The position numbers and the translations under genes are program-made. The notes below the pieces were generated by a model. That model was not told the origin of the DNA and did not search any database. It worked only from the letters and a program-made list of their open reading frames with translations. A stretch of 64,000 nt of DNA. It comes from Bradymonadia bacterium (GTDB taxonomy: Bacteria > Myxococcota_A > Bradymonadia > UBA7976 > UBA1532). This document shows positions 49,864 to 58,695 of the stretch, piece after piece. Positions within the stretch are counted from its first letter, which is position 1; every line of letters starts with the position of its first letter. The DNA lies in contig JBKAGE010000053.1 in assembly GCA_046290225.1 (NCBI GenBank), forward strand, positions 1-64,000, written 5' to 3'.

Positions 49864-51585
49864 ATGCGTCGGTTCTCTATCATCACCCTCGCTGCCTGTA
49901 GTTTGACCGCTTGTGGTGACGCTGACACCACGACTGAGGCGCCTGCAGAAGAGGCACCGGCCAAGGCCGACTTCGTGCCTGAGGTCTCGGGGAAGACCGA
50001 CTCGGTGTTCCAGCTGACTGAGGCAGGTCGCCTCGTGCCCGGCGGCACCCTCGAGGGCACCCTCGAAGGGTACAACCTGCCTGTGGTGCGGGTGCTCAGC
50101 CATGGCAACACCGTGCTCGACATTCAGCTCGAGGCCCTCGAGGCCGACACCCTCGACACGTTCCTCCGCGTCGAAGGCCCCCTCGGCGGTGAAGAAGAGC
50201 CCAAGGTGGTGGCCTACAACGACGACCTCCACAGCGAGACCTACGACAGCGGCTTGCAGGTGAAGCTCGAGGCCCCAGGGGCCTACCGGGTGGTGGTGGG
50301 CTCCTTCGGCGCCCTGGCGCTGAACACGCCCGAGACTGGAGACTGGAAGTTGACTGTGCAGTGTGAGTCAGGCTGCGAGATGCCCCAGATGACCATCGAA
50401 GAGGTCCTGGCAGATCTCCGGCAGAAGGTGGGGGAGCAGACGCTGAAGGTGATGCTCGAAGATGGTGCCGAGCGCTGGTTCGAAGATGAGGCCCTCGCCG
50501 CTGTGGTGAAGTCTCAGATCGACCCGCTCCTCGCTGGGGAGCTCACCGACGAGGCGGGCACCACCATCTTCCCCATGGTGCCCCTCGCCGCCGGTGGTGT
50601 GCTGCAGGGTCTCTTCGAGCCCCAGGAGACCCCCGCAGAGATCCCCGGGCCCCGCACCTTCGATCTCGAAGAGCTCAAGGCCGCTGATTGCGTCGTCGAG
50701 CGTCCGAGCCTGGCCTCGGCCTCGCCGGTGGTGCCTGCCCTGAAGCGCGGCGCCATGGACGATCCCACTTGGTCCGACTGCGCGCTCCATCGGGCCCAGG
50801 CCTTCGCCGACGTGCTCAACAACCTCGCCCTCGACAACGGCTCGAAGGTGGTCGCCGGCGATGCCACCTACGCCACGATCGGCGAGGTCTTCGACGCCCT
50901 CGTGGCCAGTGGTCACACCATCGTCGCCGAGAACAACCGCTACATCGCCAACTTCCTCGGCTTCTACTACGAGAAAGAGGGCGTGAACCACACCGTGGTG
51001 GCCCCAGTCTGGATCGACACGGGCCTGCAGTGGCCCGACGACGCCAATGTGGTGATCCCTGCCCCCCACAGCCACTACACCTTCCGGGTCGATGGTCCCC
51101 TGGTCACCGCCACCATCGAGTTCTACATGGGCACCAACGGTGGCACCCGCTTCCGCGCTGCGGCCACCCTCGATCCGGTCTGGGTCGGGGAGCGTACCCA
51201 CTACAGCTACACCAGCAAGGGCGAGCCCGAGGTGGTCCGCGCGCTCATGCAGACTGCCGGGGCGCTGCGCCAGAAGTGGACCAAGGCCGCCGAGAACCTG
51301 TCTTCTGAGGGCTACGCCCAGCTCGGTGTGTGCAATGACTCCACCGCGGTGTTGGAGTACGCCACCGAGGGCACCGTGTCTCTGTTCCCCCTGGCGCAGC
51401 CCGGTGTGACTGAGGCGCAGGATGCCATCGACGAGTGGCTCAAGGCTCTGCCCAGCGATTTGGGCCTGACCCTCAGTGACGACGCGCTCTCCCGCGTGAT
51501 CGCCTCCTGGTCCTTCGAGCCCGGCGAGGCCAACCCCTTCCCCGCCCTGAGCGAGCGCATGAGCGTCCCCACCGCCGCCCCCTGA
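49864..51585 (+). CDS. Lipoprotein with PPC-like domain and unknown C-terminal domain
   Basis: LTAC lipobox; DTFLRV..VAYNDD..PGAYRVVV; AGGAG RBS. Confidence 0.7.
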   Translation: MRRFSIITLAACSLTACGDADTTTEAPAEEAPAKADFVPEVSGKTDSVFQLTEAGRLVPGGTLEGTLEGYNLPVVRVLSHGNTVLDIQLEALEADTLDTFLRVEGPLGGEEEPKVVAYNDDLHSETYDSGLQVKLEAPGAYRVVVGSFGALALNTPETGDWKLTVQCESGCEMPQMTIEEVLADLRQKVGEQTLKVMLEDGAERWFEDEALAAVVKSQIDPLLAGELTDEAGTTIFPMVPLAAGGVLQGLFEPQETPAEIPGPRTFDLEELKAADCVVERPSLASASPVVPALKRGAMDDPTWSDCALHRAQAFADVLNNLALDNGSKVVAGDATYATIGEVFDALVASGHTIVAENNRYIANFLGFYYEKEGVNHTVVAPVWIDTGLQWPDDANVVIPAPHSHYTFRVDGPLVTATIEFYMGTNGGTRFRAAATLDPVWVGERTHYSYTSKGEPEVVRALMQTAGALRQKWTKAAENLSSEGYAQLGVCNDSTAVLEYATEGTVSLFPLAQPGVTEAQDAIDEWLKALPSDLGLTLSDDALSRVIASWSFEPGEANPFPALSERMSVPTAAP

Positions 51586-51589
51586 GGCT

Positions 51590-52309
51590 TCACCACGGGT
51601 GCTCGCTGCCGTCCCATTGCAGGAACTTGCCCGAGTCGTCGAGATCCAAACCCATGAGGGTGTCGAGCATGCCCGACACCGACTCTTCTGCTGACAACTT
51701 CGCCCTCTCACCTCCCATGTCGGTGCGGACCCAACCCGGGTTGAAGTTCACCGAGATCACCCCCCGGACCTTCAGATCGTTCGCCAGGGCTTTGTTCATC
51801 ATGTTGAGCCCCGATTTGCTGGCGCAGTAGCCATAGTTGCCCCCGCTGGTCTTGATGCTCACTGAGCCAAGCCAGGATGACACGTTGAGCACGCGCGTGC
51901 CCTCTCGCAGCTGAGGCAACAGCGCCTGTACCCAGAGCACGGGGCCAATGGTGTTGATGGTGAACTGCTGCAGCAAGCTGCCTTGGGTCAACTCACCAAG
52001 GCGCAACGAGGTGGCGGCTTCGAAGCCAGGGTTGCTCTTCGAGTTCACCCCGGCGTTGTTGACGATCACGTCGACGTGGCCGTGTGCTTCGGCGATGGCC
52101 GCTGCCGCTCGGGTCATCGAGTCGGGGCTGGAGACGTCGAGGGCTTGGAGAGAGGCCTGCCCTGCCTCGGCGAGGGTGGTAAGGGCGTCGTATTTCTCGG
52201 GGCGTCGAGCACACGCGACGACATGAAAGCCCCGGGCGACGAGCTGTCGGGTGAATTCGAGGCCGATGCCTCGCCCGGCGCCGGTGACGATTGCGATCTG
52301 GTCGGACAT
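51590..52309 (-). CDS. Short-chain dehydrogenase/reductase, CsgA (C-factor)-like subfamily
   Basis: TGAGRGIG, NNAG, YCASK, PGWVRTDMGG, FLQWDG..PW. Confidence 0.88.
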   Translation of the reverse strand: MSDQIAIVTGAGRGIGLEFTRQLVARGFHVVACARRPEKYDALTTLAEAGQASLQALDVSSPDSMTRAAAAIAEAHGHVDVIVNNAGVNSKSNPGFEAATSLRLGELTQGSLLQQFTINTIGPVLWVQALLPQLREGTRVLNVSSWLGSVSIKTSGGNYGYCASKSGLNMMNKALANDLKVRGVISVNFNPGWVRTDMGGERAKLSAEESVSGMLDTLMGLDLDDSGKFLQWDGSEHPW

Positions 52310-52420
52310 GGGTACCTCAGGGTGAGGGTGAATGGATCATCGCCCTTCCGTGGATACCCCCACGCGCGGCGATTGAAAACCGCAGGCACGTGCAATGAGT
52401 CTTTCACTTTGATGCAGTCA

Positions 52421-53167
52421 TCAAAGTGGCCGCCTGCAGAGGAAGATCTCCTCGCTGTAGCAGCCCTCTGGCTCGATCTCTTCGAGCGCGCGCTTCATGA
52501 CCTGCACCTCGAATCCCACCGAGGACAGCACCTCGATCCAGGTCTCTTTCGAGAACAGGCCCTCCACGTGCTCGTCATGTACGATTCGCATCGAGTCGCC
52601 TTCGCGGAGCATGAAGACATAGTTCACTGTGTAGGTGGTGTCTGTCGGGTCTGGATCCCACACCCACTCGCTCATCATGAGGGCCCGATTGCCCTCTGAC
52701 ACGGGCTCGGTCATGTCGGCACACTCAGAGAAGCTCTCTCTCAAACAGTCCGGAGCAAAGAGCGCCGCGCCGCCAGGTCGCGTGTGCATAAAAGCGGTCT
52801 CTGCCATGGCGCGGAGATCTGCTTCTGAGGTCATGTAAACCACAGCGTCGTGGACGAGCACTGTGTCGAACTGCGTATCGAGCCTCAGAGTGCGCATGTC
52901 ACCCACGTGGTGGCTGCACTCGGGGTTCTGGGTTTCGCTCAGCCCCAGCATCTCTGGGGAGAGATCGGTGGCGGTGCATTGGAACATCTGTTTGAGATGA
53001 AAGATGTTGTTGCCGGCGCCAGCGCCCAGCTCCAGTAAAGTGCGGGCCTCGAAGGCTGCGGCCTGTTTCAGAGCAGAGGCATAGAGGGCAGCCTCCTCTG
53101 CGTGATCGGCCACAGGGTCGATCAGGTGATACCAGTCGATCAGCTCACCATAGAGTGCGTGTGTCAT
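52421..53167 (-). CDS. Class I SAM-dependent methyltransferase
   Basis: LLELGAGAG, DLSPEML, GDMRTLRL, FDTV, RPGG. Confidence 0.88.
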   Translation of the reverse strand: MTHALYGELIDWYHLIDPVADHAEEAALYASALKQAAAFEARTLLELGAGAGNNIFHLKQMFQCTATDLSPEMLGLSETQNPECSHHVGDMRTLRLDTQFDTVLVHDAVVYMTSEADLRAMAETAFMHTRPGGAALFAPDCLRESFSECADMTEPVSEGNRALMMSEWVWDPDPTDTTYTVNYVFMLREGDSMRIVHDEHVEGLFSKETWIEVLSSVGFEVQVMKRALEEIEPEGCYSEEIFLCRRPL

Positions 53168-53173
53168 AGAGCC

Positions 53174-56100
53174 TCAATCGCAGGGGTTCGCCGCCCCCGG
53201 TGAGATCGCCTCGAGCAGGCGGAAGTCTGCAGAGTTCTCGTTCGTGTCCACGCCATTCGGGCAGCGTGCCAGCGCGCCCTCGCCTGTGTCGGCCTCCTCG
53301 GGTGACATGCCTTCACCAGACTCAGGCAGAGCGCCCTCGTAGGCCAGGGCGTCGAGCACGTCGCCGTCCACCACGATGCGCACCCCATCAGGGGCGCCGT
53401 TCTGAATGCTGCGGCCCAGATCGAGGGCCATGGCACCGTCGGGTAGATCAGCGATGGCCGCACCGTTGCCCACCACCAGGAACTGCCCCGGGCTCAGGCT
53501 GCCTGCGGTGTCGAGCGGAATCGAGCCGTAGGGCTCGCCGTCATTGCCGTTCACCAGCTCCAGCACATGGCCTGCCAGCGGCACCGCCTCGGCGCCAGCG
53601 TTGTAGATCTCCACGAACTCGGCCTCGTCGGCGCCAGGGTTGTCGTAGTCGATCTCGTTGATCACCAGCCCCCCACCAGCGCTCTCCACAACCTCTACGG
53701 TGGCCTGTGACGACAAAATGCCCAACGTGGCCACCAGACGCCCGTTACCGGGCTGGGCCGGCGCCTGCAGCGTAAAGGCCCCTCGAGACGCGCCGGGCTC
53801 GATGGTCACGGTCGCCGGCACCGAGCCGATGTCCGTCTGCAGCCGGACCTCGAAGCCATCGGGTCCTGCAGGCACATCGGCCTCTACCGTCAGGGCCCCC
53901 TGACCACCAGCAGGGACCTCGAGGGTTCGGGGCAGCACCGTCAGGCGGTCTGGCCCTTCGTCTACGCCGAGCACCCGGACTGTAGCCGAGGACATGCCCT
54001 GACCGGGAATGCTCGCCGTCACCGTCACCATGCGGCTCGCGCTCAAACCCTCTGCGGTGATCGCCGCAGTCCGCTCTCCCGCAGGCACCATCACCTGACG
54101 GCCTGTGAGCAGGGCCTGGCCGTCGCTCACTTGCAGATCGACCAGCTGTCCGCCGTCGCCGGCGGGTGACGTCAGCACCACCTCGAGGGCGCGGCCCTCG
54201 GTGTCGGTCGGTATGGCGGACTCGCCCACGCGGATGAAGGTGAGGGCCGGACGCACCGAGGTCACCGCGGGGGCGCCCTGATCGAGATCTTGTGGCCCGG
54301 TGGGTTCGAGCTTGTAGGCGTCGTTGGCGAAGCGCATCACCCCGGTGATGCCTTCGAAGCGCGCGCCGATGTTGGGCAACGGGTCGAGTAGGAACAGGTA
54401 GTCGTCCACAGGCAGCACGTTGTCCACCTGGAACTCGTTGGTGGGATCCCGATCTCCAGGTCCAGGGGGCAGGTTGGTGGCCGTGACCACCACATCGGCC
54501 ACCCTGACGCGGACCCCTTCGAGGGTCTGGGCGCGACCGCCGCCCACGGCCACCTGGGCCGGAGAGACCTCCACAGCGGCCGGCAGCTCGCCGCGGCCTT
54601 CCACCTGCACCCCGCTCACACGGGAGATCTGCTTCTGCCCGAAGAACTCGGAGTGGATGCCATCCACCACCACGGCATCGCCGGCGGAGGGGGTTGGCAC
54701 CCCATCTTCAGCGTTGCCGGTGTAGACGAAGATGCCCGAGTCGTCGGGGCCGCTGTATACGCCGGCGCTCTCGGGCACCTGCAGATAGAAGCCCTGGTCG
54801 TCGGGTACCACGCCCGTCACCACACCCGTGGCTCGCACCGGGATCTCCTGATCCACGGGCACCTCGCCCCGCTTCATCGCGTAGATCGTCACCGGGCAGC
54901 CAGCGCCGTTGGCGTTGGGTGAGTTCGGGCAGAAGTCACACGGATCGCCGATGCCGTCGTTGTCGCTGTCCGTCTGGCTGGGGTTGGCCCGAGCAGGGCA
55001 GTTGTCCTGGGCGTTGGGCACATCGTCGCCGTCGAGATCGTCTGGTGAGGGGCGCTCACAGGGGCAGTCGCGGCCCGCCCAGGGGCACGGATCACACGGA
55101 TCACCCTTGCCGTCGTTGTCGAGATCGGCCTGGGTGGGGTTGAAGACGTTGGGGCAGTTGTCGGCGTCACCGACCAGATCGTCGCCATCGGGATCTTGTG
55201 CGGTGATCTGGCCACTCACTGTGTCGTTCCCCAGGGTGCAGTCGTACACCGGGGCGCACTCGAAGAGGGGAAACACGTTGTAGGCGTATGCGAACTCGCC
55301 GCCGGACCCGGGCTTGGCGCTCACCTCGCGCTCGAGGTAGTCGATGTGCTCCTGATAGGTGAAGCGCTGCCAGTCCTCGTCGCTGCTGGTGTCGGCCTGG
55401 CCTTCGGCCTGTTTCACGCAGATGCGCTTGGCGCCGCCACAGACCTGCACATCTTCACAGAAAGCGTTGAAGGCGATGTTGTCGGTGACCACGTCGGCGT
55501 CACCGTAGTAGGCCACGCCATCGATGAAGACCCCCCGCACATCGGCGGATTCGGCGGCCACCACGCTCTCGTAGGGTCGGGTGCGATCACCATTGAGCAA
55601 CAGTACGTCGGCATAGAGCCCCGGCTGCAGGCGGCCGATCAGGTCGGTGAGGCCCATGCTGTCGGCGGCCATGCTGGTGACCATCTGCACCATCTGCTGA
55701 GCATTGATGGCGCCTCCGAAGTGGGTCTGGTTCACCTCGTCGGCGCACTTGAGCTCCGCGAGCTGGTTCATGGTGCCCGAGGGGGTCCAGTCAGGGCCCA
55801 TCGACACCGTGAGGCCCATGTTCAGGGCGGTGACCACGTCAGTGGTGGTGCCGTAGAGGCCCACGTTCGACTGCGGGGACCACACCAGCTTGGTCTGATT
55901 CACCAGCATCTGGGTCATCTGGCCACCGTCGCAGCTCACACAGTGGATGATGGCGGTCTTCTCACCGAGCTGGCCGCTCTGTACGAACTCGTCGAACTCG
56001 TTGTAGGCGGTGCGATCGTAGCCTTCGCTCACGTGCGCCATGTAGGCGCGGCCGGGGATCTGATCCCCACGGCCATAGTCGGGGGCGTCGCGGCAGCTGG

Positions 56101-56908
56101 ATCGCAGAGGGAACACACACTCGGTGAAGTCGTCGTTGCTGTAGCCGAGATCGTTGGCGTCGGGCCCGCGGTCGAGGTTGCGCACGTGAGCCCAGGAGGC
56201 GTTCGAGCCCTCTGACTTGTGCACCGCCGTGGTGCCCGCCATGAGCAGGCGCAGCTCGTTGTACCGGGCTGAGATCTTGTCGCCATTGTCAGGCCGGGCG
56301 TCGTAGAGGGCCTCGGCGACGTCGCGGTTCCACTGCCCTCGGTTGCTGTAGAGCCGCCCCATGGCGTCGAAGGGGGGCAGCGTGTTGTAGCTCATGTGGT
56401 TGTGGGGATCGATCATACCCGGGGTGATCAGATCTGCGCAGATCACCGTGGCCTGGGCCGCCATCGGATCACCAGAGCAGTCGGCCCCGACGCAGGTGAT
56501 CTGGCGACTGCCCCGATCGAAGAGGACCTGCCCGTTGCACAGCACCTCGTCGGGCGTGATCACCGTGCCCTGTACGAGGGTGGCGCCGTTGGTCCCTTGT
56601 CGTGGGGTGCACGCTGCGAACTGAACCCCCTCGCAGTGAGGGATCGGATCGGGCTCGGGGCACATGTCACCGCCACCCTGACCACCCACACCGCCCTGGC
56701 CACCCTCACCGGCGTTGCCGCCCTGGCCGCCGAAGTTGCCGATGTTGCCCGTGCCACCCTGGCCGCCGGTGATGCCACCCTGGCCACCTCGACCACCCTG
56801 GCCGGCGCTGCCGCCCTGACCGCCCTGTCTATTTTCGACCGGATCGTCTTTGGCGCAGCCGTACGTGATCAGCGCGAGGAGAATCGTAGAGAAGAGAGCC
56901 TGACGCAT
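53174..56908 (-). CDS. Multidomain lipoprotein: amidohydrolase + thrombospondin type-3 repeats + OB-fold + Ig-like + lamin-tail domain
   Basis: TYGC lipobox; PGMIDPHNH, HVSEG, IIHC, GPDW; DNCP..NP.Q.D.DNDG.GD.CD; GVVTG..GFYLQ..SGIFVY; LVINEIDYD...EFVEIYN. Confidence 0.82.
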   Translation of the reverse strand: MRQALFSTILLALITYGCAKDDPVENRQGGQGGSAGQGGRGGQGGITGGQGGTGNIGNFGGQGGNAGEGGQGGVGGQGGGDMCPEPDPIPHCEGVQFAACTPRQGTNGATLVQGTVITPDEVLCNGQVLFDRGSRQITCVGADCSGDPMAAQATVICADLITPGMIDPHNHMSYNTLPPFDAMGRLYSNRGQWNRDVAEALYDARPDNGDKISARYNELRLLMAGTTAVHKSEGSNASWAHVRNLDRGPDANDLGYSNDDFTECVFPLRSSCRDAPDYGRGDQIPGRAYMAHVSEGYDRTAYNEFDEFVQSGQLGEKTAIIHCVSCDGGQMTQMLVNQTKLVWSPQSNVGLYGTTTDVVTALNMGLTVSMGPDWTPSGTMNQLAELKCADEVNQTHFGGAINAQQMVQMVTSMAADSMGLTDLIGRLQPGLYADVLLLNGDRTRPYESVVAAESADVRGVFIDGVAYYGDADVVTDNIAFNAFCEDVQVCGGAKRICVKQAEGQADTSSDEDWQRFTYQEHIDYLEREVSAKPGSGGEFAYAYNVFPLFECAPVYDCTLGNDTVSGQITAQDPDGDDLVGDADNCPNVFNPTQADLDNDGKGDPCDPCPWAGRDCPCERPSPDDLDGDDVPNAQDNCPARANPSQTDSDNDGIGDPCDFCPNSPNANGAGCPVTIYAMKRGEVPVDQEIPVRATGVVTGVVPDDQGFYLQVPESAGVYSGPDDSGIFVYTGNAEDGVPTPSAGDAVVVDGIHSEFFGQKQISRVSGVQVEGRGELPAAVEVSPAQVAVGGGRAQTLEGVRVRVADVVVTATNLPPGPGDRDPTNEFQVDNVLPVDDYLFLLDPLPNIGARFEGITGVMRFANDAYKLEPTGPQDLDQGAPAVTSVRPALTFIRVGESAIPTDTEGRALEVVLTSPAGDGGQLVDLQVSDGQALLTGRQVMVPAGERTAAITAEGLSASRMVTVTASIPGQGMSSATVRVLGVDEGPDRLTVLPRTLEVPAGGQGALTVEADVPAGPDGFEVRLQTDIGSVPATVTIEPGASRGAFTLQAPAQPGNGRLVATLGILSSQATVEVVESAGGGLVINEIDYDNPGADEAEFVEIYNAGAEAVPLAGHVLELVNGNDGEPYGSIPLDTAGSLSPGQFLVVGNGAAIADLPDGAMALDLGRSIQNGAPDGVRIVVDGDVLDALAYEGALPESGEGMSPEEADTGEGALARCPNGVDTNENSADFRLLEAISPGAANPCD

Positions 56909-56992
56909 GGTCCACCTCGAGTCGGGAACGCGTGACGGTAGCACAGAGCGTAAGTTGAAGTGCGACAGGTCGGTGAAATGCGCTGTCGATTT

Positions 56993-57008
56993 TGGCGCGG
57001 CCTTTGCT
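56993..57008 (+). promoter_or_regulatory. sigma54 -24/-12 promoter
   Basis: TGGCGCGGCCTTTGCT (GG-N10-GC). Confidence 0.65.
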
Positions 57009-57056
57009 GGGACTCCCACGCAATACGGAACACCCCCGATTTTGCCCGGAGCCACC

Positions 57057-58235
57057 ATGTTCAGCCGTCAGATTTTCAGGAACGCCCCCCAGATTTTCAC
57101 CTTGCCCGCCATGCTCGCGGCGCTGCCTGCGTTGATGCCCAGTCAGGCCGAGGCGTGCTCGCCCCCACTCCCTGGGCTCACCGGCAGCATCCCCGAGAGC
57201 GGTGACGTGCTGTACGCAAACTCTGCCATCGTGCTGCAGGGTCACGACATCACGCTCGACGATCTCAATGTTCTGGTCGACGGCGAGCCCGCAGAGATCG
57301 TCGAGACCGAAGAAGACTACCCCGGGCTTTCATTCCGCATCTCGCCCGAGCCGATGCCGAACAGCACAGTGACCGTCTTCGGCAACGCCTGTCACCCTGA
57401 GGCGCGAGAGTGGTCTGAAGAGAGCTGCGGCGATGTAGAGCTGACGTTTCTCACGCTCGAAGCCGACGAGGTGGTCCCGAGCCCCGTGGTCGACCTGAGC
57501 TTCAGCATCTACGACCACCCCAACTTCGAGGTGCCCCCTGGGGCATGTTTCGCCGGGGGCGACTACACCACGTACGTCAACGCCACCTTCGACCTTCCCC
57601 CTGGTGAAGAAGGCGCCCCCATCTTCGTGAATCTCTACCGCAAGATCGACGGCGAGGATTGGCGCCCATGGCGTCGCCGACGCATCTCGGGCAACACATA
57701 CGAGGCCGAGATCTATCTCTGGGAGGGTGGCCGTGATCCGGCGAGCATCCCCGGCGGAGAGTGCTGGCGAATGCAACTCGTCGACGCTGCGGGCAATGTC
57801 GGCGAAGCCGCCGAGACCTGCGCGCCGTGTTTTGTGCGCGTCGAGCCTGGCGAAGACGTCGAGTACGAGATCGGTGATTACCCTGAGCAGCCCGAGTGGT
57901 CGGCAGACGATCTCTTCCCAGGTGGCGTATGTGGTGTCGACGACCAAATCATCGATGACGACATCGATGATGATGCAGACGAAGACATCGATGAAGACAC
58001 TGATGAAGACACCGATGAGAACATTGACGAAGACAATCCCGTGGACGAGGGCATGGACGATGTTGACGAGTCAGGGGGCGCACGTGGTGGCGAGGGGCAG
58101 CAAAACAGCGCCGGTGGTGACGAGATCGGCGAGCGCACGCGGAGCAGTGGTGGGTGCAGCTCTGGCGGCGGTGCTCCAGCAAGCGGCATTGTGTGTTTGA
58201 TCTTCGCCCTCATCGGGCTTCGGCGGATGCGCTGA
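57057..58235 (+). CDS. Secreted protein with acidic linker and MYXO-CTERM-type sorting tail
   Basis: Signal peptide AEA-C; D/E tandem linker; GGCSSGG + TM + RRMR; start may be 57111. Confidence 0.78.
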   Translation: MFSRQIFRNAPQIFTLPAMLAALPALMPSQAEACSPPLPGLTGSIPESGDVLYANSAIVLQGHDITLDDLNVLVDGEPAEIVETEEDYPGLSFRISPEPMPNSTVTVFGNACHPEAREWSEESCGDVELTFLTLEADEVVPSPVVDLSFSIYDHPNFEVPPGACFAGGDYTTYVNATFDLPPGEEGAPIFVNLYRKIDGEDWRPWRRRRISGNTYEAEIYLWEGGRDPASIPGGECWRMQLVDAAGNVGEAAETCAPCFVRVEPGEDVEYEIGDYPEQPEWSADDLFPGGVCGVDDQIIDDDIDDDADEDIDEDTDEDTDENIDEDNPVDEGMDDVDESGGARGGEGQQNSAGGDEIGERTRSSGGCSSGGGAPASGIVCLIFALIGLRRMR

Positions 58236-58236
58236 A

Positions 58237-58258
58237 GGCCCCTGGCATCACCAGGGCC
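58237..58258. terminator. Short hairpin between convergent genes
   Basis: GGCCCCTGG-CATCA-CCAGGGCC (one bulge). Confidence 0.4.
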
Positions 58259-58260
58259 GT

Positions 58261-58695
58261 TCAGGCTGAGGCGGGGCTGACCACCAGCTCGAGGTATTGC
58301 TTGATCATCTCTGCCATCTGCTCGAACTGGGCGAAGCGCTGAGATTTGACGATGTACCCTGCCACCTGACGGGCATAGGCCTGCCGAATATCGACCACAT
58401 CTGTCGAGGTGGTCATGAAGAACACCACCAGATGGCTCAGCTGTGGATCGTTGCGGATCGCCTCGAGGCACTCGTGACCATTCATGCGGGGCATGTTGAT
58501 GTCCATGAGCACCACATTGGGCAGCGGGATCGCTGCGTGGCCCTCCTCGCCCTTCAACATGCTCAGGGCTTCTCGCCCGTCTTTGGCGAGGTGGGTGGTG
58601 TATTCCGTGAGCCCGGCGCGCTTGAAGGCGCGCTGGAGCGCGATCACGTCGAGCTCGTCGTCTTCGACCACCAATATGGAAGGCTGCACGATCAT
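58261..58695 (-). CDS. Single-domain response regulator (Rcp1-like)
   Basis: VVEDD, LMDINMPRMNG, MTTS, GYIVK; ATGA overlap with the kinase. Confidence 0.92.
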   Translation of the reverse strand: MIVQPSILVVEDDELDVIALQRAFKRAGLTEYTTHLAKDGREALSMLKGEEGHAAIPLPNVVLMDINMPRMNGHECLEAIRNDPQLSHLVVFFMTTSTDVVDIRQAYARQVAGYIVKSQRFAQFEQMAEMIKQYLELVVSPASA

